Of a stretch of DNA of 64,000 nucleotides, positions 16,955 to 39,739 are shown piece by piece; the first letter of the stretch is position 1; every line of letters starts with the position of its first letter. The DNA is taken from NCBI RefSeq assembly GCF_009914755.1, contig NC_060929.1; one strand, 5' to 3'. The DNA comes from the human T2T-CHM13v2.0 reference genome, Homo sapiens. The translations under genes and the position numbers were made by a program. The notes beneath the pieces were generated by a model. It made no database searches, was not told the origin of the DNA, and saw only the letters and a list, made by a program, of their open reading frames with translations.

Positions 16955-17387
16955 TTATGTGTACTTTTTAATAATAAAAACCCTAACCCCACTAAATAAA
17001 TGTTGAGCCATTTGAAAAAATAGCGTTAATTTGAAACTGTGCTAAATTGTTGTCCTGCCTGGGGCATCTTTGTGTCACTGCTCAGCCCTGGCTGTCAGAC
17101 CCTCCTATTTATGTCTCAGTTCCTTCCTTCTGTGCAATCCCCAGGACGTAGGCTCCTCTCAGCTTCCTTCATCTTCCTGGGCTTCACTGCAGAATTCTCC
17201 ATGATTTACCTTCATTTTCCATTTTTGACTATCCCATTTCCACCACGTTCTTCCTTTTCTAAATATACCTCTCAGGAATGACTTGGGTTTACTGGTATCA
17301 GAATTCTCAGGCTTGCCAAAGAGATGGATAGCAGTGAAGGTTTTTTGCTAGAATTTGTTTATTAGGAACTTGTAAGAGAGTTTCTAG

Positions 17388-17780
<393 letters not shown>

Positions 17781-18553
17781 TGACATCCAAGGAATGTTGA
17801 GTTGTAACAAGTGATCTTGACTAATATTATGCCCCACAACGTTTGAACACCTGCTGAGCTAAAACTGGAAAAAGTGTTGATTCCTCTCTGCTGACTTTTA
17901 GTCTGTTGAGTGGCTTGTCCCTTTGTGTGTGGGAACTAGTCACCACTGGCCTTTAGTAATAAAACGTGGAGCAAAGACCCTCTTCTGGAATGGACAGGTG
18001 TGAGCTAGGCGATGTGTCTGACTGTGCCCACAGGGGCCATTGCTGTAGACACCATGTGTCATCTTTTCTTTAGCAGAGGTTTTTCTAGGTCCAGATCCAG
18101 GCTATGCTGTTCTGTACATCACTGGACACTGGGGCAATGGGTGTCCTTGCTCCCAGATTAGGAGTGCAGACCCCAAGAGTCTGGAGACACACTCAGGTCA
18201 CAATCTTTTCTTTCCTTATGCTGGAGGGCAGACTGGGCCAAAGAACTCTGCTTGGAGCAAAGGGATCTGGATGAGATTATGGCTGACCACACATGGTGTT
18301 ATTAAAGACTGAGTAACCCGCTTGGCAAACATATGAACATAGAAATGTGTTCTGATGTCTTTGGGGAATAAGAACAATTCTACAGTCCTGTGGGTGGAGG
18401 GAGGAGTTTTCCCTGAAGGGAGTGGAGAATCCAGCCACCAGCCATCCTGAAAAGAGGCTAGATTTGGAGGAGGAGGTCGGGACATAGGAGGTGGGCCTCA
18501 GCTTAAGCTGGAAGAAGAGCTTTCTCCTTTCTCTGAGGCCTCAGGTTATGTAG

Positions 18554-18950
<397 letters not shown>

Positions 18951-19005
18951 AAGGTGCAGTATTTTAATGTTTTCTCTATGTTGTATTTCTTTTCCACGAT
19001 TTCAG

Positions 19006-19006
<1 letters not shown>

Positions 19007-19043
<37 letters not shown>
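19007..19043. repeat. (CA)n microsatellite
   Basis: About 18 perfect CA units. Confidence 0.97.
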
Positions 19044-19046
<3 letters not shown>

Positions 19047-19379
19047 ATTAAGTTTTATTCTCATCACCTAGAATGGAAAAACAAAACAAAACAAACAAAC
19101 CCTGAAGCTGTGGTAGATTTAATCATCTGTAAAATAGGAAAAATAGGACATACTACATCGGATTGCTGTGTGAATTGAGTGGGATAGCCCATTTGAGCCT
19201 CTTTTCATCTTGCCTAGAGCACTCCATTCCTATCAAACAAAGCCAATTCTTTACTCCATGGTTCTTTATTTTGATAAGCATCCTCATGTGTGTCATGCTG
19301 CCTCACAGCATTTTGGTATCTGGTTCATCCAAAATTGTTGTAAAGAAACAATGACATAAAACAAAATGATGAAATGTCA

Positions 19380-19672
<293 letters not shown>

Positions 19673-19854
19673 TGAACCCCTCCTCAAAACCCCAAGAAAC
19701 AAATGTCAAAGTGAAAAGAACTTTGGAGATGCTCTAGTTAAGAGGCTAAACTACAGAGTGAGACCCTGTCTCAAAACAAACAAACAAATGAAAACCCCCA
19801 AAACCCCAAGAAACGAATGTCAAAGTGAAAAGAACTTTAGAGATGCTCTAGTTT

Positions 19855-20040
19855 AGTTTCCTAATAGTGCTATGTTGGTTTTCGGATGGGACAATTCTTT
19901 GTTGTATGGGACTGTCCTCCCATCACAGGGCATTTAGCAATGGTCAGTTCTCTTAGTTTTTTTTGATGATCAAAAACATCCCGCACATTTCCAAAGGCCC
20001 CTGGGAAAGGAGAAAATATTGTTCCTTTTGAGAATCACTA
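19855..20040. mobile_element. MER20-like hAT MITE
   Basis: 'acaattctttgttgt...ctgtcct...caaaaacatc...acatttccaaa...ttgagaatcact'. Confidence 0.7.
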
Positions 20041-21635
20041 ACACCTTCATTTTCACTAGAAGGCAGGCCTAAGAGGTCACATGACTTGCCAAAATGACAG
20101 AGTAAATTAAAGAGCTAGAAAAAGAAACCCAGGCCTCCACTCCTGCAGGTGAGTCTTATTATCTTCTATTGAGTTAGAAAGTGAAGACAATGACATGCTT
20201 GATGCTTCCTGTAAGACACTCCCTTCACCCCCAACTTTACACTAACAGAGGTTTAATCCATAGATTTCTTGATATTTCCAATATTTTCTAATTTTTTTTC
20301 ACATAAGGCAGTATAAAAGGTGAGATTGAAAAGTGAGAAGTGATGCAGAAATCTCTAAAAATTTTTGTGTTATCACCCAACTCTTCCTTCACTTTGAACT
20401 GTGCAAACACTTTAACTTGCCCAACCCTACATTCTTTGAGTATGACCAACTTCATCAGGGGAGTTTTCATACAAAGATATACAATGTTGGCAGGACATTT
20501 TATCCTAAATGTATTACTGTTAAAGGCAAATTCTTTGAATATCTGACTGTAGAAGTTAAGGATAATTACAGTTTGTGTAAAATGAAACTAAACATCGGGA
20601 ACCACTCTTCATAAACCAAGTATATTAACTAGTTCTCTTAATCTACTTAATGGGAATAATTTTGACCTGTTGAACTAGCACACACAAGACTGCTTTTTCT
20701 TATGGGGGTGACATGAGAACTATTCTCTCCTGAAATATTATCAGTGCTGTTTTTTCATGTTTCCAATACACTTGTAAACAAGGAATAACTATAAGTTATT
20801 GATTGATAATAATGATAGGGAGTGATTCTACCAGTAAATCTCTCTCATCATAATATACATGGACACCAGATAATTCATAATATGCTAATATTAAACTTTT
20901 TGAGATTATTTTAGAAAAATACATGTAAAATTTAAACCTTCTTTCAGAGTTATCTTTATCTCACATATGAAAGCATTTCTTTTCAAACAGCAGTTCTTTT
21001 TCCTTTTATTTTAGCTGTCATAATTCTTAATCTAACTCAGCCATAAAATTCAGAATAATTTTTAGAATTTATTTAGAAAGTCAATGCATGTGAAATTTGG
21101 TTATGTTGAGTTCATCTTTTTAAGTAAATCAGAATGTCACTTAGCCTTTATGGATCAAAAATATGTCAAAATCAAGTACTGCATTTTACAATTGGTAGAA
21201 AGTAAACTTCTCCATCTGTGCCGTTACTCAGAGGAATAGCTAGATAATTATTAGTAATTAATTTTATTAACTTGTTTATATTTATATGATGCATATTTTA
21301 CAACTGGAGAAATGGTCTGAATCCCAACATCTACCCTATGAACTCAATTTACGTGTTTGGATACCATTTGAGAGTGAAGCTAAATAGGTTAATGTATTCA
21401 TAGAAATTGGAGGTTTCACCTACTTAATAGCAATTATCAAGAGGCTGTAAGGTATTTTTAAAGAAATGACAGTATGCAAATAGCAAGGGGATAAGAACAA
21501 TCAGAATGCATATGGAAATTTTACACCAAATATATATCTAGGAATTTATATAAGTGAGTAATTGTAATACCCTTTGAAGGGTTCATCTTAGGAGGCCACA
21601 CATTGATTCTAAGAATGATGTAATTGCTCTAAACC

Positions 21636-22742
<1,107 letters not shown>

Positions 22743-22852
22743 CTCTGAGCATTTTGGACTGTTTCTTTAGGAATTGCCTCTATAGTGCATCTTTTTGAAT
22801 GTTTCCAATAGGATAAATCTTGCTCCTCCGATCACGGATGTGTTAAAGCCAC

Positions 22853-23290
22853 TGTAGCAGACATCTTGTATCTGTCTGCCCAGCACCCATGAAACCTTTT
22901 GGTTAGTGCCCTTCTGTGTTTCTTTCTGGAATGCAATCTTGGTGGAACTGTCCATCACAGAGCCCCATCCCCTTCATCCCCTATCCCCAGGCCAAGGGCT
23001 AGACAGGGGATCCAAATGATGTCAGCCAGACTCTCGCTGGAATTTGAGGCTTGAAGTGGAGTGACACAAGAACTGAAAATAGTTGAAGCTGATTCATCCC
23101 AATGGTGGCGGCCCCAAGAGGCTGTCCCATTAGTTCCTGCGACGTCATTCTCTGGTTTTGACTGGATTCTGTCCTTCTCAAGACTGGCTGATCAGTGGTT
23201 GCTTTAGTTCTGTGGCCACCATTTACCTTTCAACAAATCCTGTTATTTTTGGTTAATTTAGCCAGAGTTGGTTTCTGTTACATGCAGCCG
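22853..23290 (+). mobile_element. Old ERVL/MaLR LTR (LTR33-like)
   Basis: 'tgtagcagacatc' start and 'agccagagttggtttctgtt' end motif. Confidence 0.5.
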
Positions 23291-23469
23291 TTGGCAGAGT
23301 CATAAAAAGTAGACATCTGGCAAAAAGGCTTAGTGACAATGCTAGGGAATTTTGTTTGGGGTCACCCAAATATGTGAAACTGAAGTCATAAGAATTAAAA
23401 AATATGTGTAGCCATTATTGGGGCTCCTCATCTGGCTGTATTCTGTCAACACTGTTGAAAGAGCTGTGG

Positions 23470-23695
23470 TGCCTATGGCTTTAGGATCAAATAGAGATGG
23501 CTGTCTCACTTACCAGCTAAGCATAACGTTGAGTATGTTACTTGGACTCTCTAAGCCTCAGCTTTGTCATGATTTCCTCGTAATATTGAGGATAATAATG
23601 GTATATACCTCATGGTATTGTTGTGAAGATTAAATGAGATAATACACATAAGACACATAGCAAACATTACAAATATAAAGTATTGTTATTATGAT
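23470..23695 (+). mobile_element. MIR SINE
   Basis: 'ctctctaagcctcag...gttgtgaagattaaatgagataata'. Confidence 0.7.
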
Positions 23696-24329
23696 TTTGA
23701 CGTTTGACAGTCATTGAGCTATATGCTGAGGATGCAAAAGTAATAAGAGAAAAGAAATATAAATCACTCATATTTTTCTTGGAAAAATGTTGAATTTGTA
23801 TGGAAGAAGTATGTTGATATTCTGCTTCAACTGGAATGCAACATCCCCAAGGGAGTGCTTAATTAATAGCTGAGTTGGAGTAGAAAGAGAAGAGAAATTC
23901 CTGCTGGCAAAGTAGGGGGAAAGACAGTGTTTGGAAGCCAAGGAATGACAGAGTGGAGATTTTAGGGTGAAAAGTTATATAATATGATCCTTTTGGTTGA
24001 CGCCACAATATTCGTCAAAGACTACCAAAATTTCACAAAATGATCGTTGTAGTTTGATTTTAAAAATAGAAACTGAGACTAAGTTTTGTACCTTGGTTGC
24101 CATGGATACAGAATGGAAAATCCAGCATATGTAAAATGCAAGGAATAGTTGTCATCTGTTATATTTCTGGTGTGCTACGTGGGACTATTGAACTGAGGGA
24201 CAGCACCCTGTTATTATTTAAGTTGGTTCAATTTATGCTCCGAAAACAGAATCTCAAAGCAGGATTTTGGGATTGGGTTGTGTATATGTTCAAGAACACA
24301 GAGGTTATTTCCTTCAGAGGGGTAAGGGG

Positions 24330-25770
24330 AAAATAGGATGTGGGTAATTCTTGGTACATGGTGGCATCATGATTACTCATATCATCACTGCAAGGTATCA
24401 AGCCATGAAGTGCAGATGGAGGGAGAGGTGTGGGAACATCCAGTGGCTATGGGACTTAGTGGCTATGGTGATGGAGTGGTGATGTAAAGACTGTGGAGTC
24501 ATCTGGCTTCTTTTGACAAACCTAGATGGTACAAGAGGAATGAAAAGCTATGAATGCAAAATTAAGAATACATATAGGGAACCAGAAGGCCCCATGGCAG
24601 CGTTGAGGGAATCCTACATCTTTTGTAATTGCAGCATTGATAAAGCTAAGGGGTCAAGGGGGAAACATTTCTGCACCAGTTAAAGGCTAAAACCTGCTAT
24701 ACTTCTTACCCTAGGGTAGAGACACTGGTTGGCTTGATTTAGGCATGAGCCATGGGATGAGGACATTTGGGCAGATATGGACAAAGTTGAGAACTTGGGA
24801 CCTGTAAATTCCTCTTAACTCTCTCGCTAGCACAGAAACAAACTGTTCTCTGCAAGAAGTCTTTTAAATGGGAACACCTGGCAGTTGCCTCCCATGCTAA
24901 TGGTACCACTCATCACCTCTAGGCCTATAACAAGAGTTAAAACCCAAAAGAGCCCAGATGGAGAGGTACAAAGCCTGGTGGTTGGAGAGAGAGCCTATGC
25001 GCAGAGTTATGACGCTGATCAGTGTTGATGGAAGTTTGGGGAGCATACGTGAGCGTGGATTCTAAAGGTGTTAGACCAAAAAGAACATCATTGAAAGCTC
25101 TTTTGCTTAAATTTATTAATGTAGAAGGACTCATTCAGGATTCTGGATTTAATGTGTTGGCTTTAGTTCCTAGGAGTCAAATTAATAGTGTGCTAAATTG
25201 GCTGATTAAAATCTGGACTCAGCCATGGTGTGACAGATTATATTTTCCAAAGTACTGCATTTGGAATATACATCCTGGTCCAATGCTTAGTCCTAGGGCT
25301 AAGCCAGTTCTGGTTTCTATTGTAATATGGTTTGGAGGATTCTGGATCATTATGATATCCCACAGTTGATAAAATTATGTTAATCAACTTCATGATCAGG
25401 AAGTAGCAAACTTCTTTGCTGCCGTAGCAAGACACATGTATGCCACAGGAAGAAAAATAAAAAGAAAGCTTAGGGCCTTGCCATCTTGAGATTTTCTAGA
25501 GTCCAGTGATTTGGGTATTTGGGGATATTTCTTCTAAATTGAAAGACAGGTTGTTGTACCTTGCCTTGCTCAGAATGAGGCCCAGAGCTTGGTGAGCCTC
25601 TTTGGAATTCGGAGGTACTTATACCCCATTTGGGTTGCTTTGACTCATTTAGCGGGCAGCCCATGAGGTACCAGTTTTGAATGGGGCCTGAAATAAGAAA
25701 TGGCGCCGCAGCAGGTCCAGGCTATGGTTTCTGCTGCCTGGCCACTTGAGCTTTGGGACCTGGCAAAACT
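24330..25770 (+). mobile_element. Decayed ERVL-type internal sequence (gag/pol relic)
   Basis: 'tttgaatggggcctgaa...gcagcaggtccaggct...ctgctgcctggccacttg' ERVL pol motif. Confidence 0.6.
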
Positions 25771-26092
25771 GACAGGAGAAGAAAATATCTTAGGGGAAAG
25801 AAACTCTAGTAAAATGAAAGCAAATGATTTTTTTATTTTCTCATTTTAATAAAACAATATAATACTTATTATAGAAACTTTAAAGACACAAGTAAGAAGA
25901 AAGAAGAAAATAAATCACCTACAGCCCCACAACCTGTACAACTATGGATCCTATCTTGGTGCATATTCTTCCAGCCTTTTTTTTTTTTTTAGCAGATGAA
26001 GTTCTTTATTGAAAATATTTTCTCTCTCATTTTAAAAATTGTATTTTATTGCGGTGAGAACACTTAACATGAGATCTACTCTCATAACACAC

Positions 26093-26385
26093 TTTTTTTT
26101 TTTTCAGATGGAGTCTTGCTCTGTTGCCCAGGCTGGAGTGCAGTGGTGTGATCTTGGCTCACTGCAACCTCCGCCTGCCAGTTCAAGCGATTCTCCTACC
26201 TCAGCCTCCTGAGTAGCTGGGATTACCGGCAAGCACCACCACACCTGGCTAATTTTTGTACTTTTAGTAAAGATGGGGTTTCACCATGTTTGCCAGGTTG
26301 GTCTCGAACTCCTGACCTCAGGTGATCGGCCTACCTCGGCATCCCAAATTGTTGGGATTACAGGTGTGAGCCACCAAGCCTGACC
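26093..26385 (-). mobile_element. AluS
   Basis: Full antisense Alu; TSD ctcataacacactt (26081-26094 / 26386-26399). Confidence 0.94.
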
Positions 26386-26400
26386 CTCATAACACACTTC

Positions 26401-26802
26401 TTTTTTGCAACATATGTTTTTATTACTCAAGGACAACTTGGGCTTCACCAATACCCAGCTTCATGGGGTCATGTAGTGTGACTCATGGATGAACACAAAA
26501 TCACTGTTAAGCCTGTGCTACAGCCCTGGGCTACTTTTGGACACCCATGAGGACACTCGGTTACGTGAAACCTGACTTGCTTCTAAAGACATGTGACACA
26601 TGTTTTTTCCCTGAAAATGTTTCCCCTCCCTCTCTGCCATGCTCCCAACTTTCTGCCTTCTTGGAGCTTCTCACTGTGTGGGTAACTAGGTCTTGGGCTT
26701 AGCTGGACCTTGGGTAGTGGCCCCTCTGCCACAATCAGTGCCTGAGCCTGAGACTGAGCTTGTGGCCTCCAAAGCCTGACCTGGCTTGGAGCTCATCTGT
26801 GG
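26401..26802 (-). pseudogene. Processed-pseudogene 3' segment (mRNA 3' UTR + poly(A)); parent gene not identified
   Basis: Minus strand ends '...gagtAATAAAaacatatgttgcAAAAAA' next to an L1-endonuclease-type site; non-repeat mRNA-like composition. Confidence 0.75.
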
Positions 26803-26885
26803 TCCACATGAGCTAGAGTCAATAAGAATGTACTCTTAAAAGTGTGTTAGGAGCCGACGAGAAATAGGGCCATCCTAGCTGCTTA

Positions 26886-27192
<307 letters not shown>

Positions 27193-27564
27193 GAAAAATA
27201 CTGGGTAAAGTGAAGTATGGCTGTCCCACGGCTCAGTCCTAGCAAGAAGTGAGAATTCTGAGATCCTCCAGAGAGTGGAGCAGCACCCTCCCCTCACCTC
27301 AGGCCAGTGTCTTCAGGCTTTACCAGTGACCTGTGAGCCTGGCTTCCACCCCTGAGTGCCACAGACAAGCTCCAAGCCAGGTCAGGCTTCGGAGGCCACA
27401 AGCTCAGCCTCAGGCTCAGGCACTGATTGTGGCAGAGGGGCCACTACCCAAGGTCCAGCTGGGCCCAAGACTTAGTTACCCAGACAGTGAGAAGCCCCAA
27501 GAAGGCAGAAAGTTGGGAGCATGGCAGAGAGGGAAGGGAAACATTTTCAAGGAAAAAACGTTTC

Positions 27565-27894
<330 letters not shown>

Positions 27895-28149
27895 TCAAAC
27901 CTGCCTACTTTGCCTTATTCACTCCTTTCCAAGGAAATGACAATAATAGCTCTGGGCCGTGTTTTCTCCTTTGCTCTTGTCTTCTGAGGACCTCAGTGTT
28001 TCCTTGTGTGACTCTGCCTTGCATGGCATGACCCCCTTACGTTGGAAAATGTAAATAATAACGTCTTTTTTCAAAGGCATTTGTCCCTGTATCTGTCATA
28101 TTACCACACCTGATTAAAACAAATCTCAGGTACTTTTATCTCATTTTAT

Positions 28150-28586
<437 letters not shown>

Positions 28587-29104
28587 TAGTATGCATCTGA
28601 GGTTTAAGGATTACTCCAGCCTTGAGGCTCTGTGCATTGTGTGCACAAAGTTTCTTCCATAATACAGAAAGCCCTTTAGGTATTGCGATTTGTGTTTATT
28701 TGTCTTGATTTTTAACTGTCTGCATGATTTTTTCTTGTTCAAAAGAATAAAGCAATCCATTATTTTGCTTCACCATCTTTGAATAGCTGCATGAAACCAG
28801 AGGCCTTCAGGATTTTATGCGAGGAAAATATGTCTACAGCCACTCCAATGTAAATTTTACACAGTGTGAATCTTTCCCCAAAGCCCAGTAACCAGATGTG
28901 TAAAAGATGTGTCAACCAAAGCCTCTGTTTGATATCCGTAACTCTAGCAGCTTAAAAATAACTCCCGTTGATAAATAGAAGAGTGCATGCTCACAATGAG
29001 ACTATGAAACACAGGGACTCCTAAGAAAATGAGTGATTCTCTAGGAAAGGATAAATCAAACAAATAGAACCCAAGGGACTAAGAGAGTATTAAAAATTAT
29101 TTTC

Positions 29105-29467
<363 letters not shown>

Positions 29468-29709
29468 TCACAGACTATTACAGAATAATACCTCTACACA
29501 CTTCAGACTAGGAACAAAATTCCCAAAGTTCTTAATAACATAAGGTATGCTAACATAATAAGATATGTTAAAGTAAGAAATGACAGAATCACAATACCTT
29601 GGTTTTGGCTCAACTTCCTTTGTTGGCAAGGAGCCTTCACTTAACTTTCCCGGCCCTCTTTCATCTGTGAAATGAAAGGATTGGACTCGCTGAATTCTTT
29701 TAATTCTAA

Positions 29710-30013
<304 letters not shown>

Positions 30014-30082
30014 GGACTTTTCTTAATTTATTAGTAGTACCAAACAGTTTTTAATATATGTTAAAACAAAAGTAGGCACTTA

Positions 30083-30372
<290 letters not shown>

Positions 30373-30559
30373 GATAAATGGTTAAAATGAAAAACCTGGA
30401 CAATGACTTTTCAAAACAAAGAAGGTAGAGAGTATTCAGCAAGGTTATGGAGTCAGGGAGCCCCCCCTGTTTTGTGGTGGTCTTCAATATGGGAGCGGCA
30501 GTTTAATCCTAGTTCTGATTGAATCCAAATTTTTTGTTTTGCCTGTGGAATAAGTACTT

Positions 30560-30800
30560 CCTAGGAATGTGAACTTTAGAGTTAAGTAAGTGGGTTAAAG
30601 TCCCAGCCCTGCTACCTACTACCTGTGTGCCTGCAGATAAATTATTAAATGTTTTTCAAAGATTCAGTTTAATTATCTCTAAAATGGAGCTGATAATGCT
30701 TGCTTCAGAGAGTTATTATGATGAGATAATGCATGCACAGTATTTAACAGTTCCTTGTACTTAGCAAGTAAGAGCTCAAGAAGTAGTAGTTAATCTTATT
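30560..30800 (+). mobile_element. MIR SINE
   Basis: 'tgggtt...ccagccctgctac...tcagttt...aaaatgg...gagataatgcatg'. Confidence 0.65.
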
Positions 30801-31166
30801 ATGCTATATTGCCTTCTTGGATCTCAATTCTGTACCCTTGTGATCTTGTAGGAGCAGGAAAACTAAGAGAAAAGTAAAGTATGATTTAAAAATAATATAA
30901 ATAAACTTGGGGAAGGGGGAAACAGAGTGTCTAGCATAAGATAAAGATGATGTGTTTTGCAGGTGTAGAAAGCAGATCGCAATGGAGATTACAAAGTCAG
31001 AGAAATTAACTGTTAAACCAGTATCGGATTGAGAAGGAACATAACATTTTGACTCCCATGAAGCCTGAATGCTGCAGACATGTTGGTAAGCAGAGGGCAG
31101 AGGGTGTGATTGTCATTTTGGTGGCATCAGCAGAAAACAGCCAGTGGCTTTATATCCTCCTGATGA

Positions 31167-31632
31167 TGACAAAGATTCTTTGCTCATCCAAACTTTACTA
31201 AGACTCCAAACCTTCTCCTAGGCCTGTCTGTACACTTCCTTGCAAAATCCAGTTTTAGCAAAGAACCTGTTAAGTCAGTTACCTACCTTGATGTCTGATC
31301 ACCCTTGATATCTCATCAGGTTCCGCATCCTCCACCATTCCCCAGGTGCTGTCTGATCACCCTGACCTGTCTTTAGCAAGAATCCTGTTAGGTCAGTTTA
31401 GCCAGAATCCCCCGACCCCTGATATTTCCTCTTAGTAATTTTCAATCCCTGACCCCCACACTGCTCCTTGGCCATACATTCCCACTGGTCCATGCTGCAT
31501 TTGGAGGTGAGCCCAATCTCTCTTCCACACTGCAAATCCCATTGCATTCGTCCTTACACTCATTGCAATTGTCCTGAGTAAAGTCTGCTTTATCATACTT
31601 TCACAAGTGCCAGTGAATAATCTTCCTTAACA
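31167..31632 (+). mobile_element. MER31-family ERV1 solo LTR
   Basis: TGACAAAGATTC...TTAACA termini, 'tctgatcacc' repeats, TSD atga/gtga. Confidence 0.75.
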
Positions 31633-32998
31633 GTGATCCTGGAGAATACAAGAAAATAAAAAAGCCATTAGTTTTGGGATTTTTTTTTTTTTTGGCTTGG
31701 AGGGGTCATGTGTCTTTATTTTTGTCTTGCAGGAGTCCAGCCCTTCTTTATAAGAGCACCCCAGCCTATGCTACAAGTGTTTCCCATAGCACACAGTCTT
31801 GGTGGGAGATGGCACCCACCTCCTACCTTGGAATCCAAAGGGATCCTTTTCTGTCTTCCAGCCTGTACTGACATACAGAGGGAGGCTGCAACTTGGACTC
31901 TGAAAACCAGACACATACCTTGGGCTTTGGCTTTTCTGTGAGGGATACAGTGACATGGGGACTGGCTCTTCCAGGGCAGGACTTTGGATGTTCTATTTCC
32001 CAGGCCTGGTTGTGAGCTTTCATTTTCCTCCGTTCTTTGAGCCTCCAATATCCTTCCAGTGAAATTCCTTTTTGCTGAAGAGAACCTGTTTAGTTTATTT
32101 CCTCTCAGAGGTAGGATCTGAGAAAAGAATTCAGGTGCAGTTAGTTTATCTTAGCTGGAAGAAACAGTGGTTAGGAGAGTGAAGAAGTAAGGTGGGGAGA
32201 AAAAGCTAATGTAGGGTGTGTAATCAGAGCTATCACCATGGGCTCCTGAAATGAATCAGAAGAGGGAAATTGTGGGAACATGAGTCTGAAAGTTACATCA
32301 CTCAAGCAGCATAGGCACTCGGTAGTTATACGTCGACTTCTGTTGGTGCTAGCCTGAGGTCTCATTGTCTAGCCCTCCTGGCTGCCATCAGCACAGGCAG
32401 GGTGGCCTGCTGCTTTGAGGAACCGTCCACTCAAACAGATGCAGGTTCTGGCAGTTGACCCTGGGCTGCAACACACAGAGGGGGAAGCCCCTATGATAGG
32501 GCTGAGGCACTGACAGTCTCGTCTCCAGGGCCAGAGCCAGTTCCAGTTGAGATCAGGACCAGGACTGAGAAACCAGGGTGGCTGCTAACAGGCCAGTGAC
32601 CCCAGCTCCAATGCTGCCTCCCTGACATCTCCACATCTTCCTAATAGTCTCAGCTATGCAGGTGTGCCCCTCTGTCTAGATTTCTGGATGCCAGTGAGAA
32701 CAGGTCAGCAGCTTGTATGCTGACTGCCAGGGCCTGGGGAGAGAGGAAGGCTCATTGACCTGATTTCCACAGCAGGAGGCAGAGCACTGAATGCCACCTG
32801 TATTTGGGAAGGAAGCAGTCAGGGAATAACCCTGACCAATATTCATCACAACCATCACTTTGACATCTCAATTTTCATGCACACCCGTACAATACACCCA
32901 AACCAAAAATTCATCTGCCTAACATAAAATTCCTCATGTACCTAAAAATGCACTCTCCCTTATCCCTAAAGAAGAATATTCAAAATCACATTGGTTAT

Positions 32999-33360
32999 TG
33001 TATTAGTTTACTTTCATACTGCTATGAAGAAATACCTGAGACTGGGTAATTTATAAAGAAAAAGAGGTTTAATGAACTCACAGTTCCACATGGCCGGGGA
33101 GGCCTCCCAATCATGGGAGAAGGCGAAGGAGGAGCAAAGGCACATCTTACATGGTGGCAGGCAAGAGAGCATGTGCAGGGGAACTGCCCTTTATAAAACC
33201 ATCAGTTCTCATGAGACTTATTCACTGTCATGAGAATAGCACAAGAAAAACCCATCCCCACGATTCAATTACCCCCCTGGACCCCTCCCATGACATGTGG
33301 GGATTATGGGAGCTCCAATTCAAGATGAGATTTGGGTGGGGACACAGCCAAATCATATCA
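32999..33360 (-). mobile_element. THE1 (C/D-like) solo LTR
   Basis: THE1 consensus motifs; perfect 5-bp TSD gttat. Confidence 0.9.
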
Positions 33361-33596
33361 GTTATGGTACTAGCTTCTGGATCAGGATTTCTTAATAGGG
33401 TCCATTATTTCTCTAAGTCAATAATGATCCAACATAATATTCTACAACTGATGGACCACAATGTAAAGTCATCAGCATAACTCATTCTAAATGTAATAGT
33501 GGAGTAAGCAGACAGAAAAAAGGGGAATTGGGTAAACTTTATATAGTGGGCAGAGTGAGATAGAAACATGGGTAGAGATTAGAACCCTCATATCTA

Positions 33597-36206
<2,610 letters not shown>

Positions 36207-36374
36207 GGCTGTGATTGGGCTTAGGAAACTTCACCATGCCATGGTCCCTTTTTGTCTAGCCAGTGTCTTTACCAACTGATTTGACACAAAATGTTTGATT
36301 CATGGAGATCTGAGCCAGATATTGCCAGTGTTCCAGGGGTTCTAATGGTCTCCCCTGTCTTCTTTCAAATGTAA

Positions 36375-36435
36375 TTAATTTATTTTTCAAAGATGGGATC
36401 TTGCTATGCTGCCCAGGCTGGTCTTGAACTCCTGG
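36375..36435 (-). mobile_element. Alu monomer (FLAM-like), left part; continues at 47300-47369 after the provirus
   Basis: '...gtcttgaactcctgg' | 'cctcaagtgatcctcctgcc...' rejoin perfectly when the provirus and one TSD copy are removed. Confidence 0.85.
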
Positions 36436-36515
36436 TGATGCAGGAGTTTTTCTCGACCCCTTCATTAGACTTGCTATGAGGGTGCCCCATTTACTTGGCT
36501 CACCATGCTCAACCT

Positions 36516-38905
<2,390 letters not shown>

Positions 38906-39739
38906 CACCATGCTCAACCTCTTGTGGGAGGGAGTGTGTGAGAGAGTGAATGCAGGATCTGGCCAGCCACTTTGGGCACCAGTAGGAGCAGGCTCCATGC
39001 AGGCTCTGTGGTGGCACCCATGTGGGGGTGGCTTCGACCCCTGAAACCCAAGAAGGAGTATTACAATGCTGTCTTAGCTCCACCACCTGTGGACAGTGGT
39101 GTGTTATGAGCTCAGTGGCCCCTTGCCTCATAGTGTGGAATGGCTGCCCTCCGCCAGCAAGAGCAAAGAGCTGGTGTGACAGCTTTTTTTGGGTACCCAC
39201 ATTTGATAGGTCCCAGGCTCTTGTCCAGCATCCAAGAAGAATGAGGTTGCATGGACACCTGAAGGAAGGTGAAGGTGGAGCAATTTATTTAGTGATGGAG
39301 AAGGCTGTCAGTGGAGAGGGGAGCTGGAGAGGGGATGGGATCAGCAGGTAATCTTTCCTAAAGTCTGGCTGTCTCTGGCTGTCTCTTTTTTGAAGTTAAG
39401 TCATCTCTCCTCTGAAGTCCAGCTGTCCCTCTGAAGTTATGTTGCCTCTCTCCAGTCAAGCTGGTTATCTTTCTCTACTGACTGAGTCTGAGGTCTTTAT
39501 AGGCACAGGATGGGGTTGGGGCAGGCCATAGGTAGTTTTGGAAAAGGCAACATTCAATTGTCAAAATGACATTATTCAGAAAGAACCAATTGAGAGAGAG
39601 CAGGCAAACAGGGATCGAAGTGTTCACTTTGGGCCGTGGGCTTCAGGCTTTTTAACTTGAAGGTGGGGTTTTGCCCGGGACCTGCCCCTGTCTGCCTAGA
39701 GTTTTTTTGCCTCCTTCCTCTATCATTGCCCCCTCTAAA

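Noticed and set aside
20333-20614. 93-aa ORF with a faint dsRNA-binding-domain look (ELCKHFNLPNPTF...HQGSF)
   Set aside because: No ATG start, lacks the C-terminal G-x-KKxA helix motif, and has no clear splice sites; probably chance. An HMM search would settle it.
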